Notes under the pieces: generated by a model
What the model was told of the DNA's origin: nothing
The model's input: the letters and a program-made list of their open reading frames with translations, nothing else
Database searches by the model: none
DNA from: Promethearchaeota archaeon
Lineage (GTDB): Archaea > Asgardarchaeota > Lokiarchaeia > Sigyniarchaeales > SOKP01
Length of the DNA stretch: 14,630 nt
Direction of reading: 5' to 3'
Assembly: GCA_019058015.1 (NCBI GenBank)
Contig: JAHLWH010000249.1
Span: 1-14,630, forward strand
Made by a program: the position numbers and the translations under genes
Part shown: positions 1-7,695 of the stretch, in pieces
How positions within the stretch are numbered: position 1 is the stretch's first letter
Layout of the letters: each line of letters starts with the position of its first letter

Positions 1-5
1 ATTTA

Positions 6-489
6 GTAGCAACAAAATTAGCTTCATAAAGAAGATTGAAACTTACATCCTGATACCCAGAATTTGCATACATCATTTAGTAGCAACAAAATTAGCTTCA
101 TAAAGAAGATTGAAACTTACTGGACATGGAATAGTGTGATCTTGAGAAATCAAAGTAGCAACAAAATTATCTTCATAAAGAAGATTGAAACTCTGTAAAG
201 ATTGTCACTTTGTATTTTTCACTATCATCTGTAGCAACAAAATTAGCTTCATAAAGAAGATTGAAAGTACATCAGTAAAATGATTAGAGTTTTCAAATAA
301 ATCCTGTAGTAACAAAATTGGTTTCAGAAAAAAGATTAAGACTTACATTTTTATGGATTAAAAATTATAAATTTTAGATATAGCAATAAAAATAATTTCA
401 TTAAGAGAATTGAAATTAATCTTTTTACATATATATTTTAGTTTAATTGTAGGTAGCAATAAAAATATTTATAGTAGGAAAATTGAAAT
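6..489 (+). CRISPR. CRISPR array, trailer end: 7 repeats of 37 bp, consensus GTAGCAACAAAATTAGCTTCATAAAGAAGATTGAAAC, with 6 spacers of 36-39 bp. Probably continues left of the window.
   Basis: Repeats at 6-42 and 80-116 (consensus), 155-191 (1 mismatch), 231-267 (1), 306-342 (7), 380-416 (9) and 453-489 (11). The 3' end ATTGAAAC is the classic 8-nt crRNA handle, preceded by a CTTC-ATAAA-GAAG hairpin. Divergence increases to the right, so the leader is to the left. Confidence 0.97.
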
Positions 490-682
490 TTTTTCTCTAA
501 TCTGTGTATTCATGAAATTACACTGATTATGTTTCTTAGAAGGTAGATTTTTTTTAATTGCATAAGTTTAAGAATAATCTTTTAAAAAAAGTAAATTGAA
601 TATCAGAAATTAAGAAAAAGGAAAGAATTTTTAATTAACCCATTGGCTTAAAATTGAATTTTCCTCTAAATTGTCCATTAAT

Positions 683-1849
683 TCAATCCAATGGTATTGA
701 AAACATATCTTTTAAAGTGTTTAATACATTAATAAAGGAATTTAGTATCAATTCTACATGTTTTATAATCTTTTGGTCTGAACTTTGTCCTCTCTCAATA
801 TCTTGTAAAAGATTTTCATAACTCTTTTGAATTTCATCAATATTACTTTGATATAGCAGATATTGAGGGCTTAAAGGCAAAATATTATTTTTAATATTGT
901 CAAAGAAAATTTGAAATATTTCGTTATCATTTTTTAAAATATTCTTATTCCCGATTTCAAGAAATTTATGTTTAATTTCTTTAATACTATGAAATGGAAT
1001 ATTTGGATGTCCCTTATTTCGAATAAAAACTAACCCATAAGTTTGTTTTTCACCACGAGGAAATTCTGGATCTTCAATTTTAAATTTATAAGCTTGGGCA
1101 TAAAATTCTTTAAAAGGTAAAAAGATGTCTGGTTTTTTAATATCAAAAACGGGAGTAAGTATTTCCCTCATAATATTTTCTTTATCGAGCGGAACAGAAG
1201 TAAATAAATCTATTGCTCCATACTCATCATCATATTTTGCAATTATTAAAATATACTTATCCCCCTCAAAATATTCTGGAGGTATTTTTACTTTACCTTC
1301 ATTTAATTGAGCACATACTTGTTCCATGAGCATGTAAGGAAATTGAATGATTGAATCTAAAATACTTTTTAAACTATCAGACAAAATACCCCGTAAAAAA
1401 TCGGATTTGGATTGGGAAGCTATTTGAATCTGGTTTAAATGTATTTCTTTATATCCTTTTATAAGTTCTTCAACTTTTTTTTTAACGCTAATATCTTCTA
1501 ACCATAAACTTACTCCAATTTTTTCTCCTATTTCATTGTAATTACACACTTTATAGCCGGATAGCCATTTTATTGTGCCATTTTTACAATCAATTCTAAT
1601 CTCTATTTTTTTTCCTTCAGATGTTTTGAAAATTATTTCGCAATCTTCTTCCCAAATTATGATCTTTATTGGTTTATTTAATAGATATTCTGAGTTATAT
1701 CCACTAATTTTTAAAAATTTTGTGTTAAAATAAGAAATTTCTTTTGTATTTGCATTAATTTCAAGTATTGCAAACGGAGAATTGTCTAATATATCCTTAT
1801 ATTTTTTATAGGTTGATTTGATTGATTCACTAGCTTCCATATTTGGCAT
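683..1849 (-). CDS. PAS domain + degenerate HisKA/DHp-like segment + longin/uDENN-like domain + helical tail (388 aa)
   Basis: PAS/PAC motifs at aa ~14-128 (YKDILDNSPFAI, N..F.KISGY..E.L, CKNGTIKWL, EDIS.KK). ASQSKSDFL...LNE at aa ~144-184 resembles an H-box region with no His. IIAKYDDEYGA and FKIEDPEFPRGEKQTYGLVFI resemble longin/uDENN motifs. Confidence 0.7.
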   Translation of the reverse strand: MPNMEASESIKSTYKKYKDILDNSPFAILEINANTKEISYFNTKFLKISGYNSEYLLNKPIKIIIWEEDCEIIFKTSEGKKIEIRIDCKNGTIKWLSGYKVCNYNEIGEKIGVSLWLEDISVKKKVEELIKGYKEIHLNQIQIASQSKSDFLRGILSDSLKSILDSIIQFPYMLMEQVCAQLNEGKVKIPPEYFEGDKYILIIAKYDDEYGAIDLFTSVPLDKENIMREILTPVFDIKKPDIFLPFKEFYAQAYKFKIEDPEFPRGEKQTYGLVFIRNKGHPNIPFHSIKEIKHKFLEIGNKNILKNDNEIFQIFFDNIKNNILPLSPQYLLYQSNIDEIQKSYENLLQDIERGQSSDQKIIKHVELILNSFINVLNTLKDMFSIPLD

Positions 1850-2179
1850 AAAAAAATTTCATACCTATTTAATTCGAATTATTATTATACTTTTATATTT
1901 TCGCGTCAAAAAATGAAATAAAATTAACTTTTTGTAGGAATAATAATTTTATAAATAACTATCACTTTTATTTATATTAATTTAACGAAAAAATAAATAT
2001 AAGTAGCATATAATATTCTTAGAAATTTTGAAAATTCCAAAATGATTGATAATTTTGTAGTAATATTTTTAGATACCAAATATTGAATTTTCTTAATCTC
2101 AAAATCTCATGAAACCTTGCAAAAATTTAAATATTATAAAAATAAATTTAAAATTGAAAAATAAAAAAAGGAAAAAAAA

Positions 2180-3607
2180 ATGAGCCCAAAAATAGTTTTT
2201 TTTGGACCTCCAAATGCAGGTAAAACTACCCTTCGGAAGATTTTTTTCGAACAGGAAGAACCCGAACAATTAATAATAAATCCTTTGGAACCTACGCAAG
2301 GAATAGATAGATTAATTCTTAATTATGAAGAAAAGATTGGTGTCTTCGATTTAGCAGGACAGCAATATCGACGGTGGCTTGAAACTGAAGATAAGGAAGT
2401 TTTCAAAAAAACTGATGTTATCGTATGTGTAGTAAGTGTTGATCCTTTTATAGATAAGAATATATTATCAAGAAAAGGCCTCTCTGATGCTATTTTCAAT
2501 AATTTAAGAGAATTAATAAAAATTAAGAAACATTTTAATCTTAACTCGATTATTTTTCTTTTAATTCATAAAATAGATTTATTAGATGACTTTACAAAAG
2601 ATTTTGAAGAGTTAAGGATAAACTTAAGTGTTATTTTTGCTGAAAAGGAGATAAGTAATTTATTTAAAAAAAACCAATTAATGGTAAGATTTACAAGTAT
2701 TGTTCAAGATCATCTACCTAAAACATATTCAGTCTTTTCAGATATATTAAGAACAAGCTTAAGGATGGAAACTACTACACAAATAGATTATAATTTATTA
2801 GAAAAATTTATTGACACTCTACATAATACAACAGATTATTTAGAAATGGAAGAAGATAAGATTATTGGATTAAATAAGGAAGGTAAAAAAATTATAAAAA
2901 ATATTCTTGATGAATACAAGGTTGAAATAAGCACTGTCGAGAGAGATTTAATTAAATCACCAATAGAGGAACCACTGAGGGATCATCCTTTTTTAGGATT
3001 TTCTATTTATGAGAATGAACAAGGTTTGTTTATTTATAGTGCAGAAGTATTTGAAGGTTTGTTTCAGAATTATTTGAATATGATAAATATGGATCTTTTA
3101 ACTTCACATTTAAATATTTTAGATAAAATACGTGAAGTAATTTCAAACGAAACAAATACGAAAGATTTATCAATTTTAAAGTTTAAACGTACAAACTATA
3201 ATATGGAGATATTAGGTTTTGAGAGATTTACTGTTGCCCTTTTTACTCTTCCTAATACATATATTAAAATTATTAAAAATACAATTAAAGATTTTTTTAC
3301 ACATCTATTTAATATGAACGAGTTTAAGATTTTTTTAGATACAAATGAAGTAAAACAATTTGGAAATTTAAGCCAAACCAGCATAGAATGGTTAAAAAGT
3401 CTTAATGAATTATATAAAAAATTAGATAATTGCCCATATCTTTATAATAAAATTATTAAAAAATTTGCTTATTTTAAACGTAAATATTCTGCAACTCTTG
3501 AAGATTTTAGTCAATTAAAAATAGATTTAAATAAAGCAATATTAGAAGAAGATCCTGATAAAATCGATTCTATCTCTAAAAAATTGGAAAGGAATACTAT
3601 AATTTAA
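2180..3607 (+). CDS. Rag/Gtr1-like small GTPase fused to a C-terminal longin/roadblock-like domain (475 aa)
   Basis: G1 GPPNAGKTT, G2 EPT, G3 DLAGQ, G4 HKID and G5 FTSI. HKxD and TSI are typical of Rag GTPases. The C-terminal FLGFSIYENEQGLFIY...DLLTSHL...FTVALFT has a longin-like strand/helix pattern. Confidence 0.85.
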   Translation: MSPKIVFFGPPNAGKTTLRKIFFEQEEPEQLIINPLEPTQGIDRLILNYEEKIGVFDLAGQQYRRWLETEDKEVFKKTDVIVCVVSVDPFIDKNILSRKGLSDAIFNNLRELIKIKKHFNLNSIIFLLIHKIDLLDDFTKDFEELRINLSVIFAEKEISNLFKKNQLMVRFTSIVQDHLPKTYSVFSDILRTSLRMETTTQIDYNLLEKFIDTLHNTTDYLEMEEDKIIGLNKEGKKIIKNILDEYKVEISTVERDLIKSPIEEPLRDHPFLGFSIYENEQGLFIYSAEVFEGLFQNYLNMINMDLLTSHLNILDKIREVISNETNTKDLSILKFKRTNYNMEILGFERFTVALFTLPNTYIKIIKNTIKDFFTHLFNMNEFKIFLDTNEVKQFGNLSQTSIEWLKSLNELYKKLDNCPYLYNKIIKKFAYFKRKYSATLEDFSQLKIDLNKAILEEDPDKIDSISKKLERNTII

Positions 3608-3677
3608 TATTTTAATTGAGGAAAAAAATAGCCTAAAGCTTAAAATATACCTAAGTTTTTTGGTTCTATAAAGAATT

Positions 3678-3697
3678 TTAAAAGAGGTTTTTTAATG
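3678..3697 (+). repeat. 20-bp translation-initiation region TTAAAAGAGGTTTTTTAATG, copy 1 (identical at 13009-13028)
   Basis: Exact match between the two CARF gene starts. It contains the SD-like GAGGT and the ATG. Confidence 0.9.
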
Positions 3698-4426
3698 AAA
3701 AAAAAAGTGTTGATTTCCACTTTAGGGGAAACCCCTTGTGTAGTCACAGAAGCCATAGATATATTAAAAAATGAAGGAAAAATGGTTGATGAAATATTTT
3801 TGATAACGACATCAGATCCTAATACTCTTGAATCCGCTGATTTATTGAAAACACATATTCCGAAATATTATAAGAATAAAATTATAATTAATTCACTTCA
3901 AATTGAATCATATAAAGATATCATTAATCCTAAGTCTGCACGTAAATTTATGAAACTCTGCTATCAAGCTCTTGGAAAATTTAAAAACGAAGACGCCGAA
4001 ATATACGTATGTATATCGGGTGGAAGAAAAACAATGTCGGCTTTAATAACGTTAGCAGTTCAAATATACGGCGCAAATGAACTTTTTCATCTCACTATCA
4101 AGGATGTAGATGAAAATTTAGAAAAAGAATGCAATATAAAAAACATTATGCCAATAAAGAAAAATATTGAAATTTTAGATCGTATCCTCCATCCGCCAAC
4201 AGAAAAAATAAATATTATTCGTCTGCCCTACGTTGGATTATTTTTATGGATTTATGACTTAATTAAAGCATTAAAAAATGAGCCAGTTACTGATAAAAAA
4301 ATCATAGAATCGTTGGATATTTATTATTCAAAGGGTGAAACTGGTGAAAAAAATAAAGAATTACTTGCAGGGCTCTTGCAAATTGTTTTAGACATTATTG
4401 AAAAAGATTTTCTAATGATTGATTAA
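3695..4426 (+). CDS. CARF protein, Cas_NE0113/Csx14 (Crn1-like) family, with no evident effector domain. Candidate ring nuclease (243 aa).
   Basis: CARF motifs LISTLGETP.VVTEAI and YVCISGGRKTMSAL, and position next to cas10. Confidence 0.88.
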   Translation: MKKKVLISTLGETPCVVTEAIDILKNEGKMVDEIFLITTSDPNTLESADLLKTHIPKYYKNKIIINSLQIESYKDIINPKSARKFMKLCYQALGKFKNEDAEIYVCISGGRKTMSALITLAVQIYGANELFHLTIKDVDENLEKECNIKNIMPIKKNIEILDRILHPPTEKINIIRLPYVGLFLWIYDLIKALKNEPVTDKKIIESLDIYYSKGETGEKNKELLAGLLQIVLDIIEKDFLMID

Positions 4427-4439
4427 AATAGAATAGATA

Positions 4440-4478
4440 AAGAGATTAGTTTAAAAACTTTAAACATTAATTTCTCTT
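4440..4478 (+). terminator. Imperfect hairpin just after the short CARF gene (possible terminator or stability element)
   Basis: AAGAGA..GTTTAAA-aac-TTTAAAC..TCTCTT starts 13 nt after the stop. It is AT-rich and could be chance. Confidence 0.25.
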
Positions 4479-4843
4479 ATATTCCAAATATGTTGATAAA
4501 ATATTCACAAACGTAAATAATTATAATTTAAAATACATTGAAAGTCAAAAAATGTCTCAGAATTCTTAATTAATACAATTATTTTTATTAAAAATTTAGG
4601 CAATATTGCAATAATTTTTAAAAATGTTGATGATTTAATTCAAAAATAATAAAATTTGATCTTTTTATTTACGATTGGGAAATTTGAAAATTCTATAATT
4701 TTAAATATAACCAAAATCAAATGATTATTTGATATTTTTAAAAATCAAATTTTTGCTAAAAAAATTTCCAAAAACATTTCATAATCGATTTCGTAAATTT
4801 AAGAAGCCTTTAAATGTACAAAATTAAACCTTAGGAACAAGGA

Positions 4844-7066
4844 ATGAATTCATTAAGGGATATTTTAAGCGTTTTTAAAAAGAGTGATCTTTTTCAAAGA
4901 ATTAAAAGAGATGATTATTTACTTGCTGATACTATAATACCTTATGTTTCTCTATATGATCATTCTATTTTAACATCAGGAATAGCAGTAGCTCTTTTAA
5001 AAGAACTTTTGTTAAGAGGAAAAAAAGCTAATAATATATGTGGAAAAAATATTTCAGAAGATGATCTAATAGTTGCTATCCAATTTGCTTCTTATTTACA
5101 CGATATTGGGAAAAAAAATGGATATAAAAATCATATTTCGAATAGTTTAAAGATTTCAAAAGAAACATTAGAAAAATATAATGTAGAAGAACGATATAAA
5201 GAGTTAATTTTGAGCGGCATTGAACGGCATCATATAAATAATAATCCTCAAACTTTATTTCAAAAAATTATTTGTCTCGCAAATTCTTTAGCATCAGGTA
5301 CTGATAGACCAGAATTGGCTAAAGCTCAGACCATGCAAGAAATATTACATATTACTGAGGAGTATCGTTTATTATTTGATGAAATTTTTGAAGGAGAAAA
5401 TGGTCTTTCAATTATTCTTGGAGATGTTGATCAAGTTCATGCTTATGTTTTTGAAACTTCAAGATTGCCGGAAATTAGAGGTGCAAGTGAAATTTTAAAT
5501 GAATTAAATCTTGATTTTCTTAAAAAAATTTTTAGAAATGAATTATCTGGGGATTGTCTTATTTATAATGCAGGAGGTAGCTTTACGGCAATTGTACCAA
5601 AAAAGATATCAGAAAGATTAATAGGAGATATTGAAGACTATTATCTCAAACAAACTGGAACTGCGACAATATCTTGTGTAACGTTCGAACCTGATTATCT
5701 ACAATTTTGTTTAGGTAATTCTCCCTATGCAATTGATGATATTTCAAAATTAAAAGGTGAGGGGATTGGAGAATGGTTAATAGAAAGTCAATTCGGAAAA
5801 GATCGTGCCAATTGGTTTAAAATTGAAGATATTGGAGGGCAAAATTATAGGATTTGTAAAAAGAAAGGATTTGGTGAATTATTATCTAATTTATCGTTCG
5901 AACTTCGGAAAAAGAAAGATATGAAAAATTTTGTTCCTTTTTATGAGAGTTTCCCAATTGGAAGGAGATGTGATTCATGCGGCAAAAGAATGGCTTCTAA
6001 TTTTGATGAAACTAGAGATGAATATATTTGTAATATTTGTCATAGAAAGAGAGAATTAGGAAAAGGAGAAAGAATTAGATTTTTATCTAAATTTGAAGAA
6101 TGGGTTCAAAAGATAAAGAGAGAAAGTTTAAATAACATTTCTTTAAAAATGCCTAAAGATTTAGATGCATTAACAAAAAATTTTGGGGGATATTTTTCTT
6201 TTATATATGCAGATGGAAATGAAATTGGGTCGATTATTGAAGAAATAAGGACTCCAGCGCAATATAGACATTTTGCAAAAGGTTTATATAAGGCTATTAA
6301 AAATTCTTTTTTTGAAGCGATTTTAGATACTTTCAGTGTTAAAGAAATTAATAAAATGGAGAAATTACCCTTTGAAATTATCAATATTGGTGGTGATGAC
6401 ATTTCATTTATTATTGCAGCACCATTTTCATTTAAATTTTCACTAAATCTCTTAAAAAGATTTGAAGAAAATACAAAAGAAATAGCTGCAGAATTTAAAA
6501 AAGAAGGTTTAAAAAATTTTACTATGTCGGTTGGAATGATAATTTGCAAGGCAAAATATCCTGTTTATTATGCTGAAAAGATAGCGGAATCTCTATTAAA
6601 AGAGGCAAAAAAGAAAGCGAAAAAAAATGTTGGATATTTGAAAAGTGCCATAAATTATATTTATTTAACTCAAGAAATCGCAGCAGAGTCGAGTAAAGAA
6701 TTATTTGACTCATATTATGTCATTAATGATATATCTTTAATAATGAGACCTTATATATTATATGATTTTGAATTTTTAATGATTATATCAAAAGATTCAA
6801 AAGGCTTAATCTCTACTTCACAGCTAAATTTATTTATGGAAGCTTTATCAAAAGGCAGAAAGGTATCATCTAACTTTATTTTTTATCAGATATCGAGGAT
6901 GAAAAAAGAAGATAGTGATAAATTGTTCAAGATAATAGAAAAATGTTCTAAAAAATTTAATTTTAATAAAATTGATGTCTGGAAATTTGATATTGAACAA
7001 GCAAAGTATCTCACTTATTTATATGATTTATTGGAGATTATAAAAATCGAAGGTGATTATTTCTGA
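4844..7066 (+). CDS. cas10: Type III large subunit Cas10 with N-terminal HD domain, Zn finger and intact GGDD cyclase palm (740 aa)
   Basis: SLYDH, LHDIGK and ERHH in the HD domain. Palm1 GDVDQVHAYVF..RGASEIL..IYNAGGSF. Zn finger CDSC..CNIC. Palm2 YADGNEIG..NIGGDD, with GGDD at 6389-6400. Confidence 0.97.
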   Translation: MNSLRDILSVFKKSDLFQRIKRDDYLLADTIIPYVSLYDHSILTSGIAVALLKELLLRGKKANNICGKNISEDDLIVAIQFASYLHDIGKKNGYKNHISNSLKISKETLEKYNVEERYKELILSGIERHHINNNPQTLFQKIICLANSLASGTDRPELAKAQTMQEILHITEEYRLLFDEIFEGENGLSIILGDVDQVHAYVFETSRLPEIRGASEILNELNLDFLKKIFRNELSGDCLIYNAGGSFTAIVPKKISERLIGDIEDYYLKQTGTATISCVTFEPDYLQFCLGNSPYAIDDISKLKGEGIGEWLIESQFGKDRANWFKIEDIGGQNYRICKKKGFGELLSNLSFELRKKKDMKNFVPFYESFPIGRRCDSCGKRMASNFDETRDEYICNICHRKRELGKGERIRFLSKFEEWVQKIKRESLNNISLKMPKDLDALTKNFGGYFSFIYADGNEIGSIIEEIRTPAQYRHFAKGLYKAIKNSFFEAILDTFSVKEINKMEKLPFEIINIGGDDISFIIAAPFSFKFSLNLLKRFEENTKEIAAEFKKEGLKNFTMSVGMIICKAKYPVYYAEKIAESLLKEAKKKAKKNVGYLKSAINYIYLTQEIAAESSKELFDSYYVINDISLIMRPYILYDFEFLMIISKDSKGLISTSQLNLFMEALSKGRKVSSNFIFYQISRMKKEDSDKLFKIIEKCSKKFNFNKIDVWKFDIEQAKYLTYLYDLLEIIKIEGDYF

Positions 7067-7695
7067 CTAAACTGGAAGTTAAGATCTTATTTTCATTGGA
7101 GTCGCCATTTCATATTTCTGCGGACAGACTTGCGTTTGGGATTGATAATGCAATTTGTTTAGATGTTATTTCCAGATTTAAAGAAAAACCCATAATACCT
7201 GCTACTTCATTTAAAGGAATACTAAGACATAATATCGAAACTGTGCTTAATTCCAAAGAAAAATTTGGGTGCATTTCACCAAAACCAGAAGAAATGTGTA
7301 ATGAATGTATTATTTGTAAAAATTTTGGTTCTCCTAAAAATAAAGCTTTATTAATGTTTGAAGATATTTCAATTGAAAATGGCGAAATCAATAAAAGAAT
7401 TGGAATTGCTATTGAAAGGAGAAGAAAAATAACAAAAGAAAAACAATTATTTACTTATCAAACTGGTTTTGGAAAGGAATCAATTGCAAAAATAAAGGGA
7501 ATTTTTGAAAATGAAAATGATGCATTGACTGCGTGTGCCCTCCTTTATATTGGAATTAAAGTAGGATTCTCTTTGGGACACGGAAAATCAAGGGGGTTAG
7601 GTTGGATTAAATTAAAAACTTTTGAGGCTAAAATTGATAATATCAATAAAAATTTAGAACAAATAAAAGAAAAAATTAAGGAGATCTTTAAATGA
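7063..7695 (+). CDS. cas7: Cas7/Csm3-group RAMP. Start moved from the track's 7096 to a probable CTG at 7063.
   Basis: SPFHI, GIDN, IIPATSFKGILR, Zn-binding cysteines (C..C.IC..FGS) and G-rich loop LGHGKSRGLG. The extension restores the first RAMP strand, TKLEVKILFSL. Confidence 0.9.
   Translation: MTKLEVKILFSLESPFHISADRLAFGIDNAICLDVISRFKEKPIIPATSFKGILRHNIETVLNSKEKFGCISPKPEEMCNECIICKNFGSPKNKALLMFEDISIENGEINKRIGIAIERRRKITKEKQLFTYQTGFGKESIAKIKGIFENENDALTACALLYIGIKVGFSLGHGKSRGLGWIKLKTFEAKIDNINKNLEQIKEKIKEIFK

Noticed and set aside
1-5. ATTTA before repeat 1 equals the last 5 nt of spacer 1 (possible duplicated spacer)
   Set aside because: Only 5 AT bases are visible, so upstream sequence is needed.
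490-682. Possible further degenerate repeats (AATTGAA at ~594 and ~652)
   Set aside because: There is no GTAGCAA start and the spacing does not fit the array period.
1850-4843. TATA-like boxes (TTTAAATA at 2126-2133, TTTAAATG at 4808-4815)
   Set aside because: Positions are plausible, but they cannot be distinguished from background at this AT content.
4427-4843. Remnant of the missing effector domain downstream of the short CARF gene
   Set aside because: No recognisable similarity to the 3' part of the long CARF gene by eye.
6907-6923. 15/17 match between the reverse complement of spacer 3 and cas10 (possible self-targeting)
   Set aside because: It covers under half of the spacer, and such matches are expected by chance in AT-rich DNA.
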